A stretch of 64,000 nucleotides of DNA from Oopsacas minuta (lineage: Eukaryota; Animalia; Porifera): NCBI GenBank assembly GCA_024704765.1, contig JAKMXF010000332.1, positions 416,018 through 480,017 of the forward strand, given 5' to 3'. Shown piece after piece: positions 1 to 14,142 of this stretch. A model generated the notes under the pieces. That model did not search any database. It saw only the letters and a list, made by a program, of their open reading frames with translations, and was not told the origin of the DNA. Position numbers and translations under genes: made by a program. Each line of letters opens with the position of its first letter. Position 1 is the first letter of the stretch.

Positions 1-1530
1 GAAAGTTATTATTTCTCATTATCTAACTGCATGAAATTTCTTTGTTGTAAAGATATAATTATTTAGTAAAAGCGGTGGAGATGCAAATTACCTATGGGTG
101 GTGCTGCGCTCAACTGTAAACTACACTGAATATGTTAGCTCATCCTGAATTTCGCATTAATCGTATTCATATAACAAGACTCCACTGTAGTTTAAAATGG
201 ATTTTTGAGTCTGAAATGTCACTCATAGTGATAATGTCTGTCATACTATACTTTGGATGTGAAAAACCATCATATTATGCTTCGTGAAAGCGAAATTAGA
301 TCCAATATAAAGGGAAACATTCACCTAAATACACAAATATATAATAGCACACTACATTCAGTATCTGCTATCTCGATACATATTTTACCCTTGTTTTACT
401 ATTCGATTATATAGAAAATCAGTAGGCTAAATCGAAGTCCAGTTATCTCGAACCTTCTCTATCTAGAACGCTTTTCTGTTTCATTGAAATTCTTCAGCCT
501 CTTAACTTGATCTTTTTGACTAATTAGGAGCTAATGAATACAAATTGTAATCGTTGCTACCAATAATTAACCCGGAAGCAGTCATAGCCCCATCTGAACG
601 ACAAAAACTGGATATGAATACCAGCCCTCACACCGGAAACTATGGGTCATACGTTAGATGTTGTAACTTCATTGAATTGAGCTTGTATTAAGCTCCACGA
701 ATAGAGTATAATTACATCTCATTAATGGTTCCCAATGAGACACAACTTATCCGAATATGCCTGGAAATGTGTGATTTTATGACGTCAAAAAGGTGCAAAA
801 TCTCGATTAGGTATGGGAATTGGTTAAAATGAAGTGGTAAAATTTTGTATTCTTTTTCGTTGTGAAAGTAAAACTTCGGCCGTAATCGGTGAATAAGATG
901 TTTTGAGGAGGGGCACACCTAAACATTATAGTTTGATTAATGTGATAAGTGTATGCTGTGTTTGTTCTTTAAAAAGTATATATTAAATTTTCCTGGCACA
1001 TTATAATTTAAATTTAATAACAAATTTTGTAAACACTCAAGTCCGACAAGTTCACGTGCACTTTTAGCATAAATAACATTATTAATATTAGAGGTGACCT
1101 GGTAATATGACAAGGTCAATCTGGTAAATTCTACGGAGGCTTGAACTGATCAGCGTGCATTACTGGCAGATGGGTATTTGCTAGACCGCTTAGATTAATA
1201 TATTGAAAGGTATAATACAATACAATATATTAAATAGTCAATGCGAGGAAAGTGACTCCTCATAACTCAATCTAGGGGGACTGGGGTACGCAGGCATAAA
1301 AAGATTCATAACCACTGCATTAAATTGAAGACCTCTGCTAAATCGAATAGTTTTTCATTCCCTGAGGGTTAGAGCTACTGGATGTTAATTATATACATAT
1401 CATCATTGGCTTCAAGTATTAGGAAACAAAATTACATCTGGGAGGTTCACAATGCAAATTCATACCTCTATGGTTCTATGTAAATTTCACTAAATACGGT
1501 CTCTACAACTAAACTTGGGGGTCTAACCTC

Positions 1531-2012
1531 CCGAGCTGCAAATGGATCACAGACCCATGGTCAATGTGTCAGATGGGTCAGTGGGTCAGAACCCATCAAT
1601 TTTTTATTCAATTTCACAGACAATGTATGAGAAGGGGGTATCACTTCAGAACACCTTTTCAATAAAGAGTTAATAATAGTGGTCATTATACTGAATGTTT
1701 GGAACACCATAAAGTGCGAGTAATAATTTGGTATGTGTTCAGTCAACCTAATAGCCACTCCACTCATAATAAAGCTTCAGGCCCCTTAATGCTCGGAATA
1801 TCATAAGATCTCAGCGTAATGAATTTTGCCAGAGTCTCGAACGTGTTGGAAGGATATAAAATCAACTTGGTTTTATGATTTTGTTAAACTAAATACATAC
1901 TTTAGATTTTCTTTGAATAATCAAATACATAATGGGTCAGGATGGGTCAGATAATAATATAATCGGGTCATATGGGTCATGGGTCAACTAATGTGACCCA
2001 TTTGCAGCTCTG
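1531..2012. mobile_element. hAT-type MITE just 3' of MCM3
   Basis: About 21-bp inverted ends (CCGAGCTGCAAATGGATCACA / TGTGACCCATTTGCAGCTCTG) with clustered subterminal TGGGTCA motifs. Any 8-bp TSD is degenerate. Confidence 0.6.
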
Positions 2013-2127
2013 CAACCCGCACATAGGTACCAAAATTTGGCGCCGATGCATGTTATGCCTCAAGGTAAATACATGTTGATTCATAAAGAATAAAGGTATT
2101 GCTATTTTACATATTTATACAGTGGAA

Positions 2128-3025
2128 TCAAATAAGATAAACAACGCCTTCTGAAACCATAATCTGATTTGACTCCTCCATTTTGGAAAGATACTTATGA
2201 AAAATCTCATTTGTCATTAGAGGCATTGATGAATATAGATTAATAGATGAATACAATTCAGCTACCATTAATGAATCAACGTGTGCATCTGAAAATGACA
2301 AAAAAGCATGTTTCTGAAACTGAAAAAAACTTTCACCAAATATATCATCAGAAAGATCATACATTTCCTGATTACTATTAATCTCTCCTTCAGGTGGTAT
2401 TCGACTTTTGGCAATTAATTCGCTATGCTCATGATCATCACTTGAATCGCTAGAAGGTAAACCAATATTTTGCATCGAGACATCTTTAAAGTATGCATAA
2501 TTAATAAGAGAGATAGCAACTTCAACATCAATCGCTTCAACGTACTTACTAATCCGGGCTTTTGCATGGGCTGTAGAAATACGTATTAGAGATTCTAGAG
2601 TGCGTGCAGTCACAGGTTGGGTTTTGGCTATGTCAGTATGAGTTAAATCTTGTGATCTAAGTCGTGTATATTCTGTTGAAATTAAATCGGATGCTGTAGT
2701 AGTCAAAGATGGTTTCAGAGCTCGAGCAACTTGAACATATTTTATGAAAAAAGGGAGAGTAAATATTTTGGAATTGCCATTGATATTACTGCCATGAAGA
2801 ATTTCATTAAATTTTTCAAACATATCCCCTGAAAAACCAACTGAATTACGATTGGAATGAGATAATCTTTGATATGATGCAAAATTTTGTTCTTTTCCTA
2901 GGGTTAATGATTCACCGTCTAATTCAAATTCAGAACGAAAACGGTGCATCCGAATAACATGATCAGCAATTTTCTTGTCACCATCAATATCAATAGTATC
3001 AAGAAGGATAAATATCAGGTCAAAT
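2128..3025 (-). CDS. MCM3: MCM3 exon 4 (arginine finger to C-terminal winged helix)
   Basis: Acceptor CTTTAG|A completes Arg of SRFD. Contains PVTARTLESLIRISTAHAKAR and ends KMEESNQIMVSEGVVYLI, TGA at 2130-2128. The spliced CDS is 2,316 nt and aligns colinearly with MCM3 across all three junctions. Confidence 0.95.
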
Positions 3026-3224
3026 CTAAAGATATGCATATATCAATACGAAAAAAAGATGGTACAATTATAGAATGTTACACCCGCCAACTTTTGCCAG
3101 ATGGTAAAATCGCTATATGAGCCGTTATAGAGCATGTTGAGAGATAAAGATTGAGCTAGAGATTTCTAAAATCGGTCAAGAAACAAAAAGGTCACAACAA
3201 CTCTAGCTTATTAGCCAAAGTCTA

Positions 3225-4068
3225 CGAGAAATTGTAACTTCATCGAAGCCAAATACATTTCAATAATGTTATTTGCAAATAGCATAGTAGCGTGCATACA
3301 ATAATATAATATACCTAATTAGCTTTCCAATGTGTAATTAATTTGTATCACGTATAATTCAATCTCTTAAATCTCCAAGTAATAGACATATTTTGTAAAC
3401 ATACAGTCTGCATTGATAATATTCAGGGAATTAACTACTACATATCAAGAGATTATTTAGTAACTACTTGAATATTAAGTGGAGACGGGTATAAGTTCTA
3501 TTCCGCGGGTATCATATCTTCTAATAATCTCCAGCGATTCTTTTTCGTTGGATTAATGTAAAGCCCACCATACACAATGGAACTATGTTGTATGCAACAA
3601 TATTGATGTGCAACATATATTTTCGTGCAACATGTTGCATGCAGCGATCAATACATACGATGCAACAATTTGTATGCAACATCGCATAGTACACGGTACA
3701 ACATAGTTACATTGTGTATGGTGGGCTTTACACTAATCTAACGAAAAAGAATCACTGGAGAATATTAGAAGTTGTGATACCCATGGAATAGAACTTATAA
3801 CCGTCTCCACTTAAAGTTCAAGTAGTTACTAAATAATCTATTGATGTATAGTAATTACTTAACTGAATATCATAATTTCAGACTAGATGTTTACTAAAAA
3901 TATGTCTATTTACTTGGAGAGTGAAGAGATAGATTAATACGTAATACAAATTACTTAAATATTGGAATGCTAACCACGTATGTTGTAGTATTGTATGCAC
4001 ACTACTATGCTATTCTCAAAAATATTATTGTAATATATTTGGCTTCAATGAAGTTGCAATTTTTCCAA
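3225..4068. repeat. Foldback palindrome (about 365-bp arms) with a central MITE-like core
   Basis: 3225-3590 is the reverse complement of about 3700-4068 (e.g. AAGTGGAGACGGGTATAAGTTCTATTCC / GGAATAGAACTTATAACCGTCTCCACTT). About 90% identity by eye in the inner arms, lower outside. Confidence 0.9.
3562..3727. mobile_element. PIF/Harbinger-like MITE core
   Basis: TIR AGCCCACCATACACAATG / CATTGTGTATGGTGGGCT flanked by TAA and TTA; internal repeated TGCAACA motifs. Confidence 0.55.
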
Positions 4069-6249
4069 TAGAGATATGTATTATATGTGTGAAAATAAAT
4101 ATGGCCATAACATTGGAGGTTGTTTTGAGAGAATATTGGTTAAAATAGGTCATAAATGGTCAATATAATTCTGAAACGCAGGAACTTTATCGTCAATATA
4201 TTTAGATCCCAGGGGGCAATTTGACAAGATATGTTTGTTAATATGCAAAGTACAGAGTATTAACACTAGAGCATTTTTATGACATAATTGGTAAGCAAGA
4301 AGATGGCGTTATTTCGGCTTGGAAAATTTTGTTGATATAGAACATGTGTATTGTCAAATATCAATAATACAATCATACGGGTCAAATGTACAATTTAAAT
4401 TTTATCACAACAAACTGAATATACAGGTGTGAATATTGAGGTATTCAATCAATCATCCCTGGTCCAAAATTATTAGTGAGCACCATTGTATATAGAATAC
4501 TATCACAAAATTTACATACAAGAAAATGGAAGACATGTTATTAGGAATATGCACATTAAATTATCCCATATAATTGTTCATAGCAAACGAAGCATGAAGC
4601 AAAGTGACGAATTTTAATGAAACCTTGAAACCTTCTTAATAACGTCTAGATACCATAAGAAGCTATTATAGACGTAGAGTTATCTCGTAATAAGTCTCTG
4701 ACGTCTGTTTCAGTTATATTAAATGTGCCACTTTTAGACAAATTTTAACATGCGCCTTCCTACTTCCAATATATTACTATAAACCAATGATCAGTCGATA
4801 TTTGCAAACTGGGTAGAGCATCCCTTAGTTTAGATGGTCCCTCGATATAATGTAGGAATATTTTTGAGCGTATATCACCACCCTGAACTTCGATGAAGTG
4901 GCTCCCCTTAAAAGGATCAAGCACAGCATAGTGGCCTGTTGTCAAGTTTCGCGGATCTGATATGAGTCTCATGGATTTTAACCAAGTCTCACCATAACTT
5001 TTGCATTCAACTTTAAAAATTCAATGACGTAACAGTGAAGTTAACACGAAAAGAATAGTGGTACGTCATTAGTTTGGCTAAAATCGTATTACAACGACTA
5101 ACCGATATTAAAAAAAACTAATTCACAACACAATTTTAAATAATAGCCAAAAATATATTGTTAAACCACGAATAGCTGTTGAAAAAACTAGCTAAATGGT
5201 AATTATGAGATAGGAAATCATGGGGAGATACGTAACGTGCATGATTCAATTATAAAAGATATTCTGGCTAAATACTGATCAGTTACTGTCGGTTCTAAAA
5301 TGAAGCCGGAAGTAACTGATCACTATCCAGCCAAAAAGATAGCAATATCTCAAACTAACTCCAGACGATAAGACATTTAATATAATCCAGTCACAAAAGT
5401 ATACAGTAATAGAAAGAATACTTATAAATAATGTAAATTATTTGTATCTTTGAGTGATCTTTAAGACACACAGGAAATTACCAGTAATTTAACAAGGAGT
5501 ATAAAGCTGAGAAAATGAACTACATATCGTCATACTCTGAAATAATCTAAGTCATTAGTTACAAACATTGAAGAACATTAATAACTCTGCGGCACAGATT
5601 ACCCTCCGTACATAAAATTACGAAACGTGCATGTTAGTAATAAGAAGTATACTAAAATCGAAATAGAAGCAAAAGCTAAAAGTGACAGGAATGAGGAATA
5701 CGTTCACACAATCTGAGGAAACATCAAGTTAATTACGAGATTTCTCTTGATTCGTCACCGAAGATAGCTGCTTCATCTGTTAACCCTTCCGGATCGGCGA
5801 ATAAACGTCTCGGTGAGGTCAGATACATTCATCAGGACGAAGGAATAAAAATATACGTTCTGAGTGCTTGCAGGGGGTACGCACTTTGACTGCTTCGCAA
5901 CAAGCATAAATCTTTAAAAACGCGGTGCAAAGTCAGAATCATTCAGAGCAACCTGCTATTCTGACCAAGCATAATAGGCTCAAAACGCATCTAAGCTAAG
6001 ATATGAACATCTCTCAATATATATGAACCAGGAGAATTAGGGTCAATGCCCCATGGGCAACACAAATATCGTGCTGAACACAAGAAAATCAACTTAGCCC
6101 AATGAATCCAACGTATAGAGAGGGGCTCTCAAGGGTTCTCAAGGAGAAAATCGCGCTCGACAAATTTCCTTGCTACAGTCGCTGAGCAACGATATCGGTA
6201 AAAATGGTTGCATCTTCGACTTCCTACACTACATTGAATTTAGTATCGG

Positions 6250-6420
6250 ATTCCGGGATCATATAGCAATAATCTACTGACAAAATAACCAAGTCTGAAG
6301 AAGGTCACTTTCTTGGAGAACAAGGTCGACAAGACGACAAGATATCTGATTCATGCGTTACCTAGAGGAATGTGGAGATATAAGAGTTGCTTTGGAAATA
6401 AGTAGAATTGATGAAAATGG
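6250..6420 (+). pseudogene. Possible Gypsy-type integrase remnant
   Basis: Frameshifted TKSEEGH...VDKTTRYLIHALP resembles the first catalytic-Asp region of LTR integrases. Confidence 0.3.
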
Positions 6421-7302
6421 TGCTACAGCGAATAAGCAGTACAAATATCGGCAGGATGTAGCAGATATCTACGGCCTGGATGTGGAAAATACATTGCGAT
6501 GTAAGTCAACTGCTGCGGAGCGAAAATATTCATAAAGGTAGCTTGCCGTGAACTTTATATTACGGTATTGGCTATTTTCAAAAGTATTTGCCATTATACA
6601 TGTTTAATGTTTTCCAGCTCGTTAGACTAGCCTAACTAAAAGATAATAACAATAAACCCCGATATACTAGTGTAGATTTCGAATTGTGCAAGAAAAGGGA
6701 GCAAAAGTTCTCACATAGACGTAAGATTAAAGTTTGGGACATATCACTCAATTACTTTTGAAGAAGGACTATAGCCTAAGACCTATAAATTGTTATATAT
6801 GCCAACAATATGTAGTTTGAATTTCTGGACCACAATTAGGCCCGAGTACCTATCCAATAAGAAGGTATTAACGTTTAATGTGGGGTATGGCAAAAAATTG
6901 GCTAACATCCGGAGTCTGCAGGGGTTAGGGTATGATATCATGATAATTTCATTCATTCATTCCAAATGTGGTCCAGATTTCAGATAACATTGTATAAATA
7001 CTTCCCCTAAATTTCAGAGCATAAGAATCTGATTTTCTTCAAAAATAATTGGCCCATACGGCGAAAAACATAATGTTGAGATAAATGAAGTTAAAGATTC
7101 ATAAAATATATTTTTTGTATATATACATATTATAGAGGTGTTTCATCGCGTTAGGACTCATCAGTTAAGCTATGCCTTGTCTTAGGACACCACATTACTT
7201 TTAACTGATAACAAACAAAAAGAAATCAGTCAAAAAGTGTGACAATCTCCAATCAAGACGGGGGATAAATATATCAGCTGAAAAATTCTGAAGGACAAAG
7301 GT

Positions 7303-7385
7303 GGTCCTGCTTAAGGTTTCGAACCCAAGACGTGCTCCTTGCTGGCTTGCTGAGAAGGTGCTCTTCCCATTAGGCTAGCAGAACC
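7303..7385 (-). ncRNA. tRNA-like sequence (tRNA pseudogene or SINE head)
   Basis: Acceptor stem GTTCTGC/GCAGGAC, A-box TAGCCTAATGG, B-box GGTTCGAAACC, and a T5 run about 18 nt downstream (7285-7281). The anticodon arm is irregular (AGCAAG duplicated), so no isotype can be assigned. Confidence 0.5.
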
Positions 7386-7699
7386 TATAATATAAAAATA
7401 TACTTATAAACATTATATAGGATAATTTTTGAAAAATTGGCTATTTTTAGAAGAGGATGCGTCACAAATTGTCAAATAACTCACCCTAGAATACTCGGAT
7501 TTGAAAAACTTCAATGTAGGACTGATAACAATACATGTGAGTATGTTTCTATATAATAAACTCATTTAACCAAATTTGGCAAAAATGACCAAAATTTCGC
7601 AGCTCGTGTCCTAAACAACTCATTTACACAACAAATTCAGCTTTCAAACCTGTCTATGCTGCCGGTACATTAAAATGTACATCGACTTGATCGAATTTG

Positions 7700-8530
7700 C
7701 CCAGGTTTGAAGGTCATTCAGGCATATGCAAGCAGGTTTCAGATATGGCGGTATTTGCTGTAACACGAGTAACAATAACTCGATCTCCAACCACAAGGGT
7801 AATCGACAAGTGTGAAAATGTCAATTTAGGCCCACCGAAGGCAGTGTTGTTGTACGACAAGGGAGCAAGTAAAATGTAGGCTGAAACTATACCCGGCTTG
7901 TCTACACTGCAGTACTGCACAGACGGGAAGAAAACAGTTTGTTTGCTTCCACAAATGGTTGGGCTGTCGATGTTATTACAGGGATTTCTTTTGCAATTTC
8001 ACAGATCATGACCTTACTGCAACAGTGCAGAAGGCGATTGCCAATATGCAGACTCAGTAGACTCCATATTCAGCTATTCAAACCGATTGGCACTAGCTCG
8101 ATATCGAGCTCGGTCCACTGAACAATGACGAAAATAGTATGATGCAGGGCTGGCTACACGATATAGCGATGTATTGTTAACCAATCTATACGACAGGTTA
8201 TCCGAACCACAGGTGCTATCGTCTTTCGAAACCTTGACCAACTGCGTATAGACTGTGATGCAGGTGAGCGAGCTGAATATGTCTTAACTTCGATTTTGCT
8301 ACTACTTGGCAAATTTGGACCGCTCATTAGTAACTAAAGTACCGTCCATAATGCCTATCAATTGCTGATGGACGACATGCTTGGTGCCCCATTCCACAAC
8401 AGCAAGTAGGCAGGCTTCGTCTAATCTTCCATAGTAGGTTGTTGCCAGGGTTGCAGAACTTGACAAAAACTGCTCTGAAAATTCTGCTCTAAAAGCATGG
8501 CGTGAACAAAGCTTCCCAACCTTTGGTGAA
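7700..8530 (-). pseudogene. GC-richer degenerate coding-like segment, possibly retroelement gag
   Basis: Composition shift plus weak motifs (EQFLSS..., GHDL*NC knuckle-like). Confidence 0.2.
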
Positions 8531-8689
8531 TTAAAACAAAACAGCGGAAAATGTCAGTTAGTTTCGACTTTATCAGCAGTCATTAACATCATCATGAATG
8601 GGCATAGTGAATTATTTTGTACAGTTACGTGTTTAGGAGTAAAACACTGAGCTCATTATCTATTTAAGCATAGTATTGTCAAAGATTTA

Positions 8690-10015
8690 CTAGGGCGTTC
8701 AATAGGTCTTGCGGGTGATATCATAGAACAGTGTACAAACACTATAGACACTAATTCATTACATTATATATTCAAAGTAATCTCCTAAAGATACACAAAG
8801 TTTTAACCTTTCCATCCACTAGTAAACAAATTTCTGTCTTCTTCGGGGATGGATTTGAAGTACTGGTACAGGCCAGTTCCAAGTGCTTGTAATGTGTTAA
8901 AATCTTTGCCTTGAAGGTAGATTTTAAGCTTGGGGAATTGCCAAAAATCACACGGAACTAGGTCTGGTGAGTATGGTGGATGAGGAAGTAATTCTAACCC
9001 TTCTACATCCAAGAAATTTTTGGTAAGCTTAGCTGTATGGGAACTGGCGTTATCAATTAAAATCTTCATTCCTCGAGTTCCAGTTTTCGGGCGGTACTTT
9101 TCTATATATTCTATCAAATTTGGAAGTGCTTGCTCTGTAAAGAAAGTAGCAGTAACAGCCTTGCCACCTCACAAGGTAATTGCAAGACAATTCCATGACT
9201 ACTGAAGAAGATGGCATACATAATCTTAGGTTTCTGAAGTCGGGCCTATGAATTTCCGCCGCTTGTTCGTCGCCCCTCACCCATGATCGTTTCTTATACT
9301 TGCTATATGGTGTTGAAAAGTATACACATGTTTCGTCACCAGTAATACTCTCTGTTAAGCGTCTAGAATCGCAGTTCTAATAAGTTTCTAAGAGTTTCTT
9401 GGCGATATTCAGTCGTGCCAACCTTTGAGTCTCACTGAGATTATGCGAGACGCATTTCCCACAAATCGCTCGTTTGCCAAGCTCAGTCGTCAGAATTGTA
9501 TGAATGGCTCCCGATGAAATCTCCATACTTTGTTCTGACTGGATGACAGTAATGCACTTGTCTTCCATGACCATACTTTCAATGAGTGCGATATTCTCTG
9601 AAGTGGTGGCGGATACCGGTCTTCCAGATCGAGGCAAATCTGTGACATCAGCATCACCAGATCTAAAACGGGCAACCCATCGCTCTACAGTAGATCTGGA
9701 AGGACAATCCACTCACAATATCTCCTGTAACTCGCTGAAGATCTGTACGAGCTGGATCTTGAGTATTGTGCGAAACTCTATGTAAGCTCGCCATTTGAGG
9801 TTGAAGTTATCATCCTTTGAAGCCATAAATTGAACAGTAGGTATGAATTGACTTCACTTAATTATCTAAAAATTAATAATTTGTATTGAAAAAGCTTGAA
9901 ACTTTCAGTGTATGGAGTTTTAACTATATGGCCTTGTAATATATGAAATTTAGATATATGACTTGACTAATTCCTAAGATATATCTTGACCCGCAAGACT
10001 TATTGAACGCCCTGA
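8690..10015 (-). mobile_element. Full-length mariner (DD34D), transposase disrupted
   Basis: TIRs AGGGCGTTCAATA(G/A)GTCTTGCGGGT with TA on both sides. ATG at 9826, HTH STVERWVARF...RSGRP, IDNASSH, HPPYSPDLVPCDF. Several stops and frameshifts. Confidence 0.93.
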
Positions 10016-11619
10016 TAGTCTAAAAAGTATTTATGGTCAAATAATTCTTCTAGGATAATATAGTTTGCGTCAGTAATGTCAGTTGTATTGCCATGAAATA
10101 TAAGAATTGTGGAATTAGCTGTGTTGAAATAGCTGGACCAGTTAGTGCAAATATATGCTTGAAAAAATTGGATACTTAGTGAACTTGAGAGGCTATTATT
10201 CGATAGCGAATTATTCGTTTTGGAAATATTCAAAACGGTGTCAACCTTAGATGTCGAAACATATATTGGAAAAGTGAATTTCCTGCAATTTTTACAAGTT
10301 AAGAATTATAACAAAACTTTTCTACAGTGTGTTTGTCGAAATTGAAATTTCAACAAATTACACCAGTTTCGGAACATTAACGTTTGTTGTGATAAACTTT
10401 GGAAATAATGGTGGCATCATTGTTAGATATAGTTTTCAAATGGGACTAAATTTGAGTATCGAATTCTGATACTATATTATCTTTCACATAGTACTATGTG
10501 GTTAGCCCCTTGAACCTAAAACGATTTGTAAATATCAATTTTTATGATTCTTCCAGTTTAGCGTACAGAATTAGTACCTCAAACCTATGCAATTAATCCG
10601 CGATTTATCCTACTAAAATTAATACCTTAGTAATAATCATTATAATGAAATCAGCAATATTTCATCTAAAAATAAAATAACTAAACATGTCCTACCTACA
10701 GGGTGGTAGTACAGCTTGGGCACCTGAATCTTCGAATATAAAAGATCAACTAAGTCATTACTCTAGGGAAGTGTTCTGCAACCCTGCATTTACAAGCCGC
10801 ATGCAGCCGGAAGTCTAAATTATTGACCCGTAAGTATCTTAAAGGAAAACATGTATTTTGCACATTACAGAGTACGAATTTTGATTCAGAATTTCCTTAG
10901 AGGTCTTGATTTCAATTAGCACTTTAGTCATAAATCTGATACTAATAAATATCTATGCATCAGTTGAAAATTTTATGATATAGATAATATAGTTCATTCA
11001 TCAAATTCCAGGATAATTTTCAGGATGCTGATGGCCAAAGGTTTCGCTCGCTCTCCACTTAAATAATTCGGGCTTTGCTAATAAGCAACCCAGTTGGTAT
11101 ATACTAATGGTCCAGCGGTTGCTGACTGATTTCTAGCAACCAGGAAAGGACATGTAAATATAATTATCCCTAAAATCTATATCTCAACTATACGAAAGTT
11201 ATTGAAATTTCATATGCCAATCAACATAAGGTATTTTAGGGAAAATATAAATATTTACTATCATTTTACCCTCCTAAAGGGTCTGAAGTTCAAAAGTTTA
11301 TCTGGTATATTTTGTTACACTCTCTCTCATTAGTATATTTTTGGAATTTGGCATGATTAGACTCTAAAATTTTCTCTTTCGATGTAGTGTGTATGTAGAT
11401 ACACACTACGAAAACAGCTCGCCCAAGTAATTACAAATCATTTTTGTTTCTAGATGATCATATTGAATTTTGATCATAAATTTCACTTATATTCCTTCCT
11501 AACTACTTTTATTGGTCATTTTTTCGCAACTGAAATTCAACCTTGAAATATATGCATTTTCAAAATTAATCTATATTGCAATCTATTATATAGTAATGAG
11601 ATTTAGTATTATTGAACCT

Positions 11620-12430
11620 TAAAATCTTAATATAAGATAATATACAATGAACATAAGCTAATAAAAATGAATAATAAAATCTCTTTATTGGTTACAATTA
11701 ACGCAACAGTTAGCACGCCTACATGGCATAAAAACACAAGTTGTTGTGTGCGGTGTAAGCCATATGACACAGGGATTCTCAGAATCAGTACTCATCGTAG
11801 GTTCATCTTCAGAATCATAGTATTCTCAATCGCTACAACCTACAGGAAGTATTGATAAATGTTTTGAGAAGGTATTGTACGAATCTAAATGTTAGAATAA
11901 TTAGAGGATGAGGCAAAAATGGTATCGACATTAGATGTCATATAATGTTCGCAATTGCTGAGTTTTCTTGAAGGCAAAAAGACTAAGTTGTTTCCGTTTG
12001 CGAACAAATGCTCCGGATAAAATGAAAACAACCATGTTGTTGCGCATCAGGATATCTACCTTAAACGAATTCCTGGCTGCAGGTTCTCAGTCCGACATTG
12101 AGACAGAAAACTTGCAATTTCATATCGATTTTTTCTAAGGATGCTGGATATAGATCTTGGTTCTTGACTGTCTATGTAAAATGATTGCTTGTGAAGTATT
12201 CCTACCCATGCTACAGAATCTTCAATACCGTGATTGTGCTGATGCCAAGGAGTAATTAAATCAGTTTCACGATTTAGCTTGCTAGTTCCCTTGCAGGAAT
12301 GAGTCTTGAATAATGCTAATTTTAGATGGAATATATTTGTGCTCATGAAATGTTATACAAACTTGCCCTAAACTGTGTTTGTATTCATCTGAAGAATATT
12401 CTATGTATAATAATATTTCCGATAATGAGT
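11620..12430 (-). mobile_element. Internally deleted MULE remnant with FLYWCH and RING fragments
   Basis: In order on the minus strand: KTHSCKG...HQHNH (FLYWCH-like), MSD*EPAARNSF..YPDAQQHGCFHF (MULE core), NPCVIWLTPHTTTCVFMPCRRANCCVNC (degenerate RING). Ends not found. Confidence 0.65.
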
Positions 12431-13436
12431 GGATAAAGTCATGGAAAAAATAACCTATTTATACGTTTATACGTGGATCTACTCAATGTAATCTGATTAC
12501 ATTTCCCTAAAATAGCAATACATAGAAAAGGAAATATTGTTGGCAATATTTACCATGTAATGGTGACAAGTGATGACCAAAAACTACTCTTAAAGAGCAC
12601 TCTGACAAGCCACAACAGTCTCAGTAAACTAATCTGACAAGTAAACAGTCTTGAAAACTATTCTGATAGGTGACAACTAGCAACATTCTGACATTTAACA
12701 GGATGAATTCTGACAAATGCATGCACCGCGACTGAATAAGTGTATTACAATCCTGTAGAACAGCAAAATAAATTCAACGATCCTGAAATTACATTTGAAT
12801 ATTGATAAAAATATGTCATCAAAGGATCTACGGTAACTCAACAACGAGTCAGCTGTTGTATGACAATTATTTGACATTTTACATTAAGCTATTTGCTGAT
12901 CTTTCATATATTCACTTTGAGGTGATAAATGAAAATTTTTAACGTCCTATAATGCATCAAAAAAGAAATTAAAATCATGTATATAAATGCTTCCAGGGAA
13001 TAGTGCACCCCTGGTACTTTAATTATTAGTCTTAAATTTACCAGGCAATTATTAGGCAAACCAGAGACAATTAGATACTAACCTGCCCAGCTAACAAGAT
13101 CATACAATCTGAATAACCAAAAATGAAAAGATGTTTTTGAGCCCAGTGCATAGCTAAAGGTTACTACAAGAAAAATGTCAAATATAGTGTCTTGGTGTTT
13201 TGAGGTAGAATAGGAAACATATACGGTTAGGGAGAATTAGGAATGGATCGCTAAGCAAAGAAAGTTATGAAGGACGTTGAGAAACCTGGTCTATGATATA
13301 ATTAATCCTGTATAAAGGTTCTCAATAAAAATTACTTAATGTCTCAATATAATTTACCAATGCACGCACCACAGTAAGCAAAGACCGGCTGTGCGACTGA
13401 GTGAATGATTGTCCATGAGTTTAGAAAACTGAATCA

Positions 13437-13961
<525 letters not shown>

Positions 13962-14142
13962 TTAGAGTTTTTCGGAGACCCTTTGGTTATTGAGAAATGA
14001 ACTATCAATCAATAATAAAAATTCATAATACCGCATTGCTTTGCATCAGCGTTGGGTGATTAAGAAATGGCTGACGAAGCTTACGGAATAGGGAAAGTAA
14101 ATATATCGAACGATCTTATCTTCCCGAATAATTAGCTATAAA

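Noticed and set aside
712-918. Possible DDE_3/Tc1-like C-terminal fragment
   Set aside because: The diagnostic PxxSPxLNPIE motif is too degenerate to support a call.
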